From Batkoa obscura (Eukaryota): DNA of 64,000 nt. A program made the position numbers and the translations under genes. Under the pieces are notes generated by a model. That model was not told the origin of the DNA. It saw nothing but the letters and a program-made list of their open reading frames with translations, and searched no databases. Positions 42,269-53,498 of this stretch are shown piece after piece (positions within the stretch are counted from its first letter, which is position 1; each line of letters starts with the position of its first letter). The DNA lies in contig JASVEC010000012.1 of assembly GCA_030770535.1 (NCBI GenBank), positions 186,001-250,000 of the forward strand, given 5' to 3'.

Positions 42269-43051
42269 ATGTTTACCAAATCTGTTATTGTCCTCACTAC
42301 TCTTTTCAGCACCATCTACTCCTCCCCTCAAACTTTGGATGACCGTATCATTGGTGGTGTTGAAGTCTCTCCTAAATTCAAATACCCTTGGTTAGCTTCT
42401 TTACAATTCAATGGACGCCATGGCTGTGGTGGTGTAATCCTTAACAAAAACACTGTCTTAACCGCTGCTCATTGTTCTCAAGGCACTGTATCCACTTTTA
42501 GTGTAAATATTCATCGTCATAATTTAACACAAACTTCATCTTCTGAAAATGGAGAAACTATTGCAGTATCTCAAGTAATCAATCATCCAAATTATAATCC
42601 AACTCGTCATACCAATGATGTTTCTATTTGGAAATTAGCTACTCCAACTACTTTGGATATCGATGGCATTGATTTAGATGATGGTACTTATGGTGAACAA
42701 ACTGGGCTTAAAGTGATTGCTGCTGGTTGGGGATTAACTCAAACTGGTGGTTCAGTATCTCCTGTTTTAAGAGAAGTTACAATCCCAATTATTGATAAAA
42801 ACGTATGTTCTAAATATTGGACCTCTCATTTTGTTAATGTAGATATTAAGGTACAAGTGTGTGCTGGTGGTGAAGGTGGTAAAGATGCTTGTAATGGTGA
42901 TTCTGGAGGTCCTTTATTCACCACTAGTGCTAATGGTCGTCATGTTTTAATTGGTTCAACTACCTTCGGTAAACCTTGTGCTTACAAAGGAGTTCCTACT
43001 GTATGGGCAAGAACCTCCGCTTTCAGATCATTTATTGCTCAATATTCTTAA
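42269..43051 (+). CDS. Secreted trypsin-like serine protease (S1)
   Basis: Signal peptide, DDR|IIGG activation site, LTAAHC, NDVSI, KDACNGDSGGP. Confidence 0.97.
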   Translation: MFTKSVIVLTTLFSTIYSSPQTLDDRIIGGVEVSPKFKYPWLASLQFNGRHGCGGVILNKNTVLTAAHCSQGTVSTFSVNIHRHNLTQTSSSENGETIAVSQVINHPNYNPTRHTNDVSIWKLATPTTLDIDGIDLDDGTYGEQTGLKVIAAGWGLTQTGGSVSPVLREVTIPIIDKNVCSKYWTSHFVNVDIKVQVCAGGEGGKDACNGDSGGPLFTTSANGRHVLIGSTTFGKPCAYKGVPTVWARTSAFRSFIAQYS

Positions 43052-43897
43052 ATCAAGTAAACGGGAGATTTATTATAGTTTATTTATCAAGTTTTTTTTT
43101 GCTATTATTAATATTTAAGATATTCAAGGTAAAGAAATATAAAAAGCTATGATTAAATATTAACTATTATTTTAATAAGTAGCATTTATTTATTAGTACA
43201 ATATAACAACAAAGTAGAAATAGAATATTAAAAAGAGATTTTAGCATAAAAATCTTATTAAAATTCATATTATAACAAAATACATCAAAACCAACACTAT
43301 TCATATTACACTCCACTCTCAGATAAATCCCGATTTTAGTTGATGTTATTGAAATATAAGGTAATAAGATTAATATTTATAATACTTTCTTTTTAATATT
43401 ATATTAATTTTCATACAATATATAACATATAAAATCTTAAACTTTATATCAAAATAAAACAACAAAAAATAAAATCCAATCCATTTTGATAACATAAAGA
43501 TTATGAAATCAGCTTTAGAATAAAATATTATGCATAATTTAATAATTGTTACTAACCATTAGAAAAACTCATTGCATAATATCAATAATATAATATATTA
43601 TAAAATATACTATAATATAACTATATTTATTGTTATCAATAATAGTAACATTAATACTAAACTCTATTAATAGTAATTAATTGTTATCATAACTATCTAA
43701 ACAATTCAGGGGGTTGGGGTTAAACTTGAGTTAACCTAAAAATACTTTTCAAATTCACCATTAAAATCGCTACATTAAATATAAGAACCAATCAATTACT
43801 TGAAAAATAAGCACAAGTATTAATTAAGATACAACTCTACTTAAGATTTAATATTTTCTTTTTATTATAAATTTTAGTCTACTCTTTCTCTTCAATA

Positions 43898-44797
43898 ATG
43901 CGATTATATAAAAAAATAGGTTATATCATTGGAAGTTTTGTATTTATAACTTTAGTTTATCTTTACAATTTACGTCGTTTATGTCGAGAAGATACTACCA
44001 TTTATCCTACTGTAACATATACTAAAATTAGTAAATTAATCCATATGACAGCCAAGGATGAAGCCCATGTATATAAAGAAATTAAAGATTTTTGGATATC
44101 TAGAAATCCAGGATATAAATATAAAGTATACAATGATTATGAAATTGATGCTATAGTGCGGGATAATATGGACTCAGAAGTATATGAAGCATTTAAATTA
44201 TTACCTAGACCAGTATTAAAAGCGGATTATTTTCGATATATAATTTTATATCTTTATGGAGGCATTTATAGTGATACAGATACTATTTGTTTAAGACCTA
44301 TAGATACTTGGAGTGATGGTAAAGAAGATGTTGATATGATCTTAGGCTTAGAAGGTTATGAACCTGATGAAAAATATGTTTGTGAAGAAGAAAGTATGGC
44401 AAGAGATATTCAATTTACTCAATGGACTATAATGAGTCGAGCTAAACATCCCATTTTATTAAATGTGATTAATAAAATTAAAGAAATTACACCCATTATG
44501 ATTAATAAAACATATACTAGTTATTGTGATGTATTAAATTGGACAGGACCTGGAGTTTGGACGGATGCTGTTATGGAATATTTAAATTTAAAGAATACTA
44601 CGGAATTAGATATTAAAAAAGGAAAGTTAATTAATGGAGTTTATATTTTACCTAATACAGGATTTAATGGACCAGACGAAGAATATGATCCAGAAGCTAA
44701 AGTTCAACATTTATTTTGGGGTTCTTGGAAAAATCATACAATGTTTAAATTTTATCAAGAAATTGATCGATATTTTTATTTTAGATTTAGATGTTAA
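43898..44797 (+). CDS. GT32 glycosyltransferase, OCH1-like alpha-1,6-mannosyltransferase
   Basis: N-terminal TM anchor, LKADYFRYIILYLYGGIYSDTD (DxD), QFTQWTI, WTGPGVWTDAV, HLFWGSWK. Confidence 0.92.
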   Translation: MRLYKKIGYIIGSFVFITLVYLYNLRRLCREDTTIYPTVTYTKISKLIHMTAKDEAHVYKEIKDFWISRNPGYKYKVYNDYEIDAIVRDNMDSEVYEAFKLLPRPVLKADYFRYIILYLYGGIYSDTDTICLRPIDTWSDGKEDVDMILGLEGYEPDEKYVCEEESMARDIQFTQWTIMSRAKHPILLNVINKIKEITPIMINKTYTSYCDVLNWTGPGVWTDAVMEYLNLKNTTELDIKKGKLINGVYILPNTGFNGPDEEYDPEAKVQHLFWGSWKNHTMFKFYQEIDRYFYFRFRC

Positions 44798-44965
44798 AAA
44801 GGAATTTTATAATATACAACATTTAATCTCTTTCTCTTTCTCTTTCTCTTACATATTATTTTTACATATCTTGTTATATTATTTTAATAAAATTATCATA
44901 TAATTAAATGATGAGTTTTAAAATAAAAAATAAAACATTCTTTATATTGAAAATTCAATTTTATT

Positions 44966-46979
44966 TTATTCTTTTTTTAATTTAAAATTATTAAAATCCA
45001 ATACTAATTCAATATTAGATTCTTTTAAAATTGAATTAATTTCCACTTGAACAGTTTTTGTAATATAAGATAATAATCGACTTGAATTTAAATCTAATTC
45101 ATTTAATTGATGCATTTTCAATAACTAAATATAATAAATAAAATATTAATAAATATAATATAATTTAATAATAGTAAATAATAATTACTTCTTGAATTCT
45201 TCCCTCTCGAAGTATAAAACTACCTTGTAAATAAAATTGATTTAAATTTAATTCGGCTTTTTTAATATATGGACAATTTGCTTCAATAATACTTTCTAAT
45301 AATTTTAGACTAACTGGTAATTGTTCAATATTATATTCCTTTTTAATAAGCTCCTTTTCACTCCCATAAAATATTAATGATTCAATTTGATTATTAGTAA
45401 CTAACCAATCAGATAATATATACTCTTCATTTCCTTTATTACTTGAATAACCTTTAAATGCTAATTTACCAAGTATTTTAGTATTATCTAAAGGTTCTTC
45501 TTGAGTTGAAATGATTTTAAACTCTAAACTAGATATTGGACTTCCAAGTTGATTTTGATTAATATAATCATAAATTAAAGTATTTGATAATACACCAAAT
45601 ACATTATTATGAGTTAAACTATTAACTAATTGACAACCTAATAAAGCATTAATAGCTTGACTATGAGATTTTGGAAAAAAGGGATCATCAGTATATAATA
45701 ATCTTAATTTAGAATGACTGTTATTTAATATTTGTTTAGTAAATACATTATTTAATAAATGTCGATCTCTTTGCATAATCTTTTTTATAAAATCAAAAGT
45801 AATTTGTTGAATAAAAGTAACTATGGACCATGGCTTAGTAGAATATAAATTCTCATAATCTTCTGATTTTAAATTGAATTGAATTTCATTGGAGAATAAA
45901 ATATCGTTTAAGTCCTTACTTGATCGATATTTGATAGTAATTGAATTATAAATTTCTTTTGTTGGTTTAATATGATAAGTCACTTTCTTAGACAAAAAAT
46001 AATAAATTCGCATAATTTCATCTGATAATAATGCGTTTTTAGTAGTTAAATAATTATCTTCTTGTCCCACTTGAAATTGCATTGGAAAGGAATGTGAAAA
46101 AGCAGAGATACTAGAATAAATATGAGTGGCATTAAATTCATTAATGTTAACTTCATTATTATTATATTTAATATAACTTATTTTAACATTGTTATTACTT
46201 TCTATTTTATATAAGATATAAATTAATAACTATAATAATTAAAATTAAAATTAAACTTACCAATATCTTCTTGATTTGATCCGTTATTAATAAATTCATT
46301 AAAAGATATAACTTTTATATTATTGATAGTAGTAGATGCAACCTCTTTATCTAATACAATTAAAATAATATTTTTATCTTTAATTATTTTAATAGCTTCA
46401 TCCAATTGAATTTCATTAATAAAAAATACATCATTTTCTTTAATTAATTCATTAATCTTTTGATCAAAATTTACAATGACATTTAAATGAAAACCATAAT
46501 AAACGGAAGCTAAAAAAAAGGCATTATTAATAATTTAATAATAAAAATTAAAATAATTAAAATAAAATATAATTACCTAAAAATACAATAAAACTTGCAA
46601 ATGAATTCTTATTATCATAAATGAATAAATTTCCCTCTCCCAATATTTTAATACTTTTACCAACTTTTCGTAATTCCTGTAATACATTTTGAGCTTCTCC
46701 TTTAACACTTACTTTTGCCTCATTAATCCAAGTATTTAACCAATCATTTAATCCATTTAATTGTCGACTTACTCTAATAGTTAAATCGGAACTAAAAGGA
46801 GTAGCACGGTTTCTGTAAACAACAGATTCATTCTTTAATCGAGTTGGTGAAGTGATGCATTGATTTAATATAAAACTAGGATGAATATCATAACTGAAGT
46901 TGGTAATGAAATTGTAAACTAATAAGAGAGTTATAGTTAGTAATAAACAATAACTTAATTCATCTAAATGGAGATCCAT
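44966..46979 (-). CDS. Divergent acyl-CoA synthetase-like (ANL-fold) protein with N-terminal TM helix, multi-exon
   Basis: DIHPSFILNQ..SPTRLKNESVVYRN resembles the N-terminus of fungal long-chain acyl-CoA-ligase-like proteins. LGSPISSLEFKI follows. No recognisable AMP-binding TSGT motif. Confidence 0.5.
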
Positions 46980-46998
46980 AGTTGATGTATTGCTTTGA

Positions 46999-47037
46999 TT
47001 TTCTTTTCTTTTCTTTTCTTTTCTTTTCTTTTCTTTT
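46999..47037. repeat. (TTTTC)n microsatellite just upstream of the ATG at 46979
   Basis: About 7 tandem TTTTC units. Confidence 0.9.
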
Positions 47038-47390
47038 AATAAAAGAGGAGTTTTTATTTATTTTCTACTTTTATGTATAATTCGCTTCTTTTTACTATTG
47101 GCTTTCAGTTTCTTATTGGCTTATATCTTTTTATTCTTTTTATTAGGGTAAATACGAATTACTAATTTTTATTATACGTCATACTACAAAATTTCAAATC
47201 TGATAAGTCCAATAATTTTACACAATTGAGAAAATCCGCTTCAAGTTTCGGTTAAACGTAAAAGTAGAAAAAGAAAAACTAGCAAGTTTATCCATCAATA
47301 AGATTAGTCGTTATTTTTATTAATGTATCAATACTTCAACATTGATATATTAATAAAAATGATGTATTTTGATCAAGAAAAGGAGGATAT

Positions 47391-47536
47391 ACTAGAAGAA
47401 GGTTTCAGATAGTTACTTTTAAAACTTACTTTACTAAATAAAACACTAAAAGCATTTACTTTGTTAATATAAACTCTTTCGTACTTTACTAAATAAAGTA
47501 AGTTTTGCGAGCAACTTACTGAAACCTTCATCTAGT
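47391..47536. mobile_element. Fold-back / MITE-like element with ~43-bp imperfect terminal inverted repeats
   Basis: Left arm ACTAGAAGAAGGTTTCAGATAGTTACTTTTAAAACTTACTTTA. Reverse complement of the right arm is ACTAGATGAAGGTTTCAGTAAGTTGCTCGCAAAACTTACTTTA. Confidence 0.6.
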
Positions 47537-48334
47537 GATAAAAAAAACTTTGCAGTAATTTTTACTTAAATTTTGATTCTATTTTAATCTAAATTTCTTT
47601 TTTTAATAAATAGTTAAACAACAGATCAAAATTGAACACAAATTGAATTTTAAAAATAAATTGAACATGTTTTTGTATTACTGTCTAAAAAAAGCATAGA
47701 TTTTCAGTTAAGTTATATCAATATAAAAATGAAATTAATAAAGTTGAACGTTACAGTTTAAATTCAACATAAAAACTGTTAAAAAAAGAATCCAAGTTTT
47801 AAATCTATTTCCATTCTTTAATTTAATTTTATTACATCTTTCCAATGCACTTCCACTATTATATTCTTCTGCTTCCATTCATAACCTCCTTGCATCTCCA
47901 TCCTTCTATATTAGGGAATACGGATCCTGATAGTGACCCAAAATCAATTAAAATTATAAACAATATATTAGCTGAAGCTATTGCCGTGTTTGTTACTTTT
48001 AAAGAAGAGTAATTGTTAATAGAATAGCCTTCAAATATTACATTATCTATAAATATATTTTTATTATTCGATTTATAAAAAATTTAAGTATTAAGGTTCT
48101 ATATTATTTAATAAAATATTTTAACTTTTCATTAGTGTTACTTTGTTTAGTTTTATCATATTAAAATAAAATATTAATACCAGCTAATAGTTAAAAAAAT
48201 AACAATAAGATAATAGCCTTACTTTTTTTATTTTAAATTAACTTGCATACAAGAATAGGACTCATTTATATAAATATTTAATTACCAGCTATTCAAGGTC
48301 TAATGCGATTCCTTATATTTAATCAGAATTTTTT

Positions 48335-49894
48335 TTATTCACTTTTAGCTCGTTTACATTCTCTAGAAATTGATTCTTCATTAGGCTCACTGTGATTGAC
48401 TGAACCATTTTTATTGAAATTAGCTTGTTTTTGACTTGGATTTCCATTACTCTCTACTCCATGTTTTCCATCATTATCCGATTTTGAGATACTTTGAACT
48501 GATCTCTTCTTTTGTAATTTAATTATTGGTGCTGGTGCTTTGATACTTGAAATTGAAGACGATCTAGTTTTAAGTGATAAACTAGAGCTATTAAGCTTTT
48601 CCGTTTCTTCACGTGTACGAAAGGTTTGAACTTTAGGTTTTACCCAAGAATAATCAGGTATGGGATGAGAAATGATACGCTTACCTGGTTTGGTTTGAGA
48701 TGAAGTGATTAAAGTAGCACTACTTTTTTGTTTCATTGTTTCATGGCTACGTTTTAAGTTGGGTTTATTATCAACATTACTTACTCTAGAATTATTAATT
48801 CCTGTAAACGTTCTTTTAACTAATTTGCTGGTTGAAAGAGTAGAATTAGATCTACTTGGAATTTTTGTTATCTGCTTCTTGTCTTGTAAACTATTGCTTT
48901 TTTCATTAATTTTAATTGACTTTTCACCTTTACGTTGCAATTGAGCTACCTCTTTATTTGTATGAAATGAATTTACTTTTGATTTTATCAATGAATAATT
49001 AGCCATGGGATATTGAATAATGACTTTACGTGGGTTTGAACTTTCTTGTTGTTTACTACTCTGAGAAGAAGTTTGACTTTCTTTAATGGAATCGGGACTT
49101 TTTTCCAATAGGGAACTATTTAAAACAGCTGAATCCTCTTTTTGTTTTTCAAAAACTTGAACTTCTCGATTTAATTTCCTTGCTAATGTAGGGTATGGAT
49201 ACTTTTGAATATTCTTTAAAATGGCTTCACTTAAATAACCATCCATTTTTTTCTGCCTTTCTGGACAACGATAAGTATACAATTGATATGTGTGTTTCAC
49301 AACATTTCGAACATTAATGTCTTTATCTGATAAGCCCTGTGACAAACATTTTTCAATAGTATCAAAAAAATTCATTGTGGAATCTAATTCCCAATTATAA
49401 ATAAAAGAATCAATTAAAATTATACAAGTTTCTCTAACATAAATATTGCTATCCTTTAACCCTTTTTGAAACTCTTGTAACATACCACGGTATGGATAGC
49501 TCTCTACTATATCTGATAGCGTCTTATACGCCTTTTCTCGTAATAATCGATTTTTCCCCAATACTTTGATTAAGGTGGTTATGAAATTGATTACATATGG
49601 CTGAAAATCTTGTTTTAATCCTAAAGCTAATACTGATACTAACTCTTGAGTGGCTAATGATAAACGTGTTCTATCTGTAGATACGGATTTCATTATTGGT
49701 GTATGGATTTTTGAAAATAAAGTTTGAAAGTTATTACATTGCAAATAATCTTCATTTGCGAGTAGCTGTGTCTTTAATTTCTTCATTTTAATTTCATATT
49801 TGCTCCAGTTCTCTGCTGTCTCTGGCTTTTCAAAAGTGGTAGCACAATCTGATATTAAATCGGATAGTTGGTGTTCAACATTAATTAAATCCAT
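48335..49894 (-). CDS. CLASP_N/TOG (Stu1-like) HEAT-repeat protein with long basic Ser-rich tail
   Basis: ETAENWS..RTRLS..LIKVLG..KDSNIYVRE..GLSDKDINVR pattern of CLASP_N. Tail carries an SxIP-like TKIP. Confidence 0.78.
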   Translation of the reverse strand: MDLINVEHQLSDLISDCATTFEKPETAENWSKYEIKMKKLKTQLLANEDYLQCNNFQTLFSKIHTPIMKSVSTDRTRLSLATQELVSVLALGLKQDFQPYVINFITTLIKVLGKNRLLREKAYKTLSDIVESYPYRGMLQEFQKGLKDSNIYVRETCIILIDSFIYNWELDSTMNFFDTIEKCLSQGLSDKDINVRNVVKHTYQLYTYRCPERQKKMDGYLSEAILKNIQKYPYPTLARKLNREVQVFEKQKEDSAVLNSSLLEKSPDSIKESQTSSQSSKQQESSNPRKVIIQYPMANYSLIKSKVNSFHTNKEVAQLQRKGEKSIKINEKSNSLQDKKQITKIPSRSNSTLSTSKLVKRTFTGINNSRVSNVDNKPNLKRSHETMKQKSSATLITSSQTKPGKRIISHPIPDYSWVKPKVQTFRTREETEKLNSSSLSLKTRSSSISSIKAPAPIIKLQKKRSVQSISKSDNDGKHGVESNGNPSQKQANFNKNGSVNHSEPNEESISRECKRAKSE

Positions 49895-50402
49895 TCTGTT
49901 CTTTTTTAACTTTTTTTATAAAAAGAATTGAAACTTGGTAATTTTTGTACATTTTATATCACTTGAAAATTTTTTTGTGCAATTCTTGTATTTCGACAAC
50001 AATTGGTTGGTCCAATTCATTTTTTGGGGATAATTTTACCCTAAAGTTACCTTTTATAGTTGCTTAGTTTGAAGCTGATGTTTTTATACAAGAGAATGAC
50101 TAATGTTGTTCAGAGATAACAACATATAACATTACTGAATAGCAAGTCTACTTGAAAATAAATGTAAAATACACGGTTAAAATTTGATATTATAGTTATA
50201 ACCATAAAATAATAATAAATTTAGCTACATATTCCAAATTGATCTTATTATTAAATGATCAATAAAAATAAACATCAATACACACAAATGTAGATATTAA
50301 TTTGATGTCAAAAGTTAGAATTATGTTTAAATACTTTATTTACAATAAAAAAATAAATTTATAAGGTAAATTATATACAAATAAAAAGATAGCTTAATTC
50401 AC

Positions 50403-50858
50403 TTAATCAATAGTAATTTGACGTTGTTGTTCCTTAGTTTCTTCCTTTGGAATGATAACTTGTAATAAACCATTATCAAATTTAGCTTTAATATCTTCAG
50501 TCTTAGAACCAGATGGAAGAGTAAAACTACGAGTAAAGCTACCATATTCACGTTCACTATAAGAGATCTCACCTTCATTATGAGTTTTATCTCTTTTAGA
50601 TTCACCAGTAAGGACTAATTGACGTTGATCTTCAGAAACATTGATTTGAATATCTTCTTTATTAAAACCAGCTAACTCGACTTGAACAATAGTTTGTTGG
50701 TCCTTTTTAATCACTTCTACTCTTGGATTTAAAAATTCTTCCCAATTATTGTTAAACTTCAATAATGGTCCTCCATTTCTAAAGCTATGTTGTAACGGTG
50801 ATAGATGTAGATGTTCAAATGGTTGAAGTGAACTTCTTAAAAATCGACTTAATGACAT
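50403..50858 (-). CDS. Small heat shock protein B, copy 2
   Basis: Protein identical to 41061-41516. Confidence 0.95.
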   Translation of the reverse strand: MSLSRFLRSSLQPFEHLHLSPLQHSFRNGGPLLKFNNNWEEFLNPRVEVIKKDQQTIVQVELAGFNKEDIQINVSEDQRQLVLTGESKRDKTHNEGEISYSEREYGSFTRSFTLPSGSKTEDIKAKFDNGLLQVIIPKEETKEQQRQITID

Positions 50859-51380
50859 TTTTTATTGTTATTATTTGATATAAATTTTTATTTAAAATAA
50901 TTTCAATTTGATTTTATTTATATCTATTTCCTTAATGCTTATTCAAATTCTAAGCATCTAATCTAATGTTTTCGAGTGTCTTCTAAATAAAACTTATTAT
51001 GTATAGCATAAACCAGAACAAAAGTGTTTTATTTTACTATTTCTTTATACTTCCAAATTTGGTAGGATTTTTCTATTTGATTTGATATTCTTGTCCAAAA
51101 GTTTCGAAATTGCTAGAAATTTCCTAATTTTATAGTACTTTTTGCAAATTCTAAAATTGACGAATAAGACTAGAAGAGAAAACTCTTAGATACAGAATAA
51201 TTGGATAATAATTTGCTTTTAGATCTTTTTTTCAAGTGTGTGTGACGTAATATAAAGAAATTATGAAATTATTGTTACATAATATTGCTATAATGTAGTA
51301 ATATTGTTTTTTGAAAAAGTATATAATAGATGAGAAATCAAAGATAAACAACATAAAAATTTAATCAATTATTAAGTAAA

Positions 51381-51815
51381 ATGTCATTAAGAAGATCAAA
51401 TCAAGAAAACTCATTATTCCATTCATTTGGTGGTGATCATGGATTATTTAGTCCATTATTACATGCTGGCTCTAACTACTTTCAAGACCTTTCACCAAGA
51501 GTTGATGTCTATAGTAAAGAAGATAAAGTAACTGTCCATGCTGAATTACCTGGCTTTAAGAAAGAAGATTTACATGTTGATTTCTCAGATAATTTACGTC
51601 AAATCACTATCTCTGGTACTAAGAAGAGAGATGAAACTCATAAAGAAGGAGATGCTACTTATAGCGAACGTAGCTATGGTAACTTTAGTCGTACTTTATC
51701 TTTACCACATGGCACTCGCGCTGATGATGTTAAGGCCAAGTACGATAATGGTGTCTTAGAAATTATTATCCCACGTGATACTTCTTCAACTCAACGTAAG
51801 ATTCAAATCTCTTAA
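51381..51815 (+). CDS. Small heat shock protein A, copy 2
   Basis: Protein identical to 40104-40538. Confidence 0.95.
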   Translation: MSLRRSNQENSLFHSFGGDHGLFSPLLHAGSNYFQDLSPRVDVYSKEDKVTVHAELPGFKKEDLHVDFSDNLRQITISGTKKRDETHKEGDATYSERSYGNFSRTLSLPHGTRADDVKAKYDNGVLEIIIPRDTSSTQRKIQIS

Positions 51816-52158
51816 GATACCTCTGCCTATGAGTTTGTTTGCCTTTGTTAATCCTATTTAAATAAAGTTATTTAAAAAAAACTATTTTCTATTTTTCTAT
51901 GATTATTACAAAATTATCAATTTAGATATAATTTTTACTTCTTATAACTATTACCGTTTAATATTACATTGGCTATAAACTGGTATCTACATGTCAATGT
52001 AGTACAGTACAAAAGTAATTCAAAGATGTCTTCAATTGAACATATTATTTTTAATTTCTTTGCTGTAAATGCTGTCTATGGATGGACACTTTCACAAATA
52101 ATAAGAGTTTCATCACTTGAAACTTTGTTACATTAGTATATAAAAAACAAAAAATATA

Positions 52159-52255
52159 GGGGATGTATTTTTTGTTTAACGATTTTACTAACAATTTTTC
52201 GCTCAAATAGTGCTTAAAAAATGGAAAAAGCAATGAAGCCAAAAAAAGCATCCCC
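52159..52255 (-). mobile_element. MITE family A copy
   Basis: GGGGATGTATTTTTTG...GCTCAAATAGTGCTTAAAAAATGG...GCATCCCC-ATA. Confidence 0.88.
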
Positions 52256-52592
52256 ATAAACATAAACTTATTTTAAAGAGGTTCAAAGCTTTTCCAAAAT
52301 TAAATGTTTTTTAGGACAGAGAGCATTGACCCTGAAATGCAGAATGGATGTCAATGCTTTAGCATACTTTATTTTAATGTATGAGGGTTTACTTCAAGGC
52401 TCTGCAAGTTAAAATCTACCTTTTATTTCCCTATTTCTGTTTTTATTGTAACGTTGAAGGATGTACTGTTAAAACAACACCTTATATCCTTTAACTGTAA
52501 TTTTGTATTGATGTTTTAACATGAATATTCTAAATGCTCCTAATAAAAAGACACATAATAAAAATCAACTATAAAAGAACAAAACAAACTAT

Positions 52593-52690
52593 GAGGATGT
52601 ATTTTTTTGTTTAAGAATTTTACTAGCACTTTTCCACTTAAATAACGCTTAAAAAATAGAAAAAGTAATGAAACCAAAAAAAACACCCCC
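52593..52690 (-). mobile_element. MITE family A copy, 25 bp downstream of the trypsin stop codon
   Basis: GAGGATGTATTTTTTTG...AAACACCCCC. Confidence 0.87.
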
Positions 52691-52715
52691 TATGATAAAA
52701 TAATTTTACTAAAAT

Positions 52716-53498
52716 TTAAGAATTTTGTGAAATGAATGATCTAAAAGCAGAGGTACGAGCCCACACAGTAGGTACCCCTCTATTAGCACAAGGTTGGCCA
52801 AAGGAAGTAGTACCAATTAAAACTGGACGACCATTAGCACCAGTAGTAAATAAAGGACCTCCAGAATCACCATTACAAGCATCTTTACCACCTTCAGCAG
52901 CAGCACAAACTTGTAAGTTAACATCAACGTTGACACCATTGCTAGTCCAATAACTAGCACAAGTATTTTTATCAACAAGTGGGATACTAACCTCTCTTAA
53001 CACTGGAGAGGTAGAGCCACCAGCTCGAGTAACACCCCAACCAGCAGCTAACACTTTAAGACCTGTTTGTTGACCATAAGTACCATCATCCAAATCAATG
53101 CTACCAATATCTACAGAAGCTGGAGTAGCTAATTTCCAAATAGAAACATCGTTGGTGAAACGGTTTGGATTATAACTTGGATGATTGATGATACGAGAAA
53201 CACGGATAGATTGGCCACCTTCAGCACCAGCAGTTTGCTGAAGATTATGACGATGTACATTAACGGTGTATGAAGATACGGAACCTTGAGAACAATGGGC
53301 AGCGGTTAATACGGTATTCTTGTTTAAAATAATACCACCACAGTTATGGCGACCGTTAACTTGTAAGGATACTAACCATGGATATTTGAACTTTGGGGAG
53401 ACTTCAACACCACCAACGATACGATCGTCTTCAGTTTGTGGAGCTGAATGGATAGAACTGAAAAGAGTAATGAGTACAATAACTGATTTGGTAAACAT
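52716..53498 (-). CDS. Secreted trypsin-like serine protease (S1), paralog of 42269-43051
   Basis: Signal peptide, DDR|IVGG, LTAAHC, KDACNGDSGGP. Same length (260 aa) as the paralog. Confidence 0.97.
   Translation of the reverse strand: MFTKSVIVLITLFSSIHSAPQTEDDRIVGGVEVSPKFKYPWLVSLQVNGRHNCGGIILNKNTVLTAAHCSQGSVSSYTVNVHRHNLQQTAGAEGGQSIRVSRIINHPSYNPNRFTNDVSIWKLATPASVDIGSIDLDDGTYGQQTGLKVLAAGWGVTRAGGSTSPVLREVSIPLVDKNTCASYWTSNGVNVDVNLQVCAAAEGGKDACNGDSGGPLFTTGANGRPVLIGTTSFGQPCANRGVPTVWARTSAFRSFISQNS

Larger units (their letters stand above)
50326..51866. repeat. Right arm of 1541-bp inverted duplication (divergent HSP20 cassette)
   Basis: Reverse complement of 40053-41593. Confidence 0.95.

Noticed and set aside
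52051..52263. Short ORFs 52051-52263, 6506-6697, 6600-6782 and 7762-7947
   Set aside because: Largely translations of MITE sequence.
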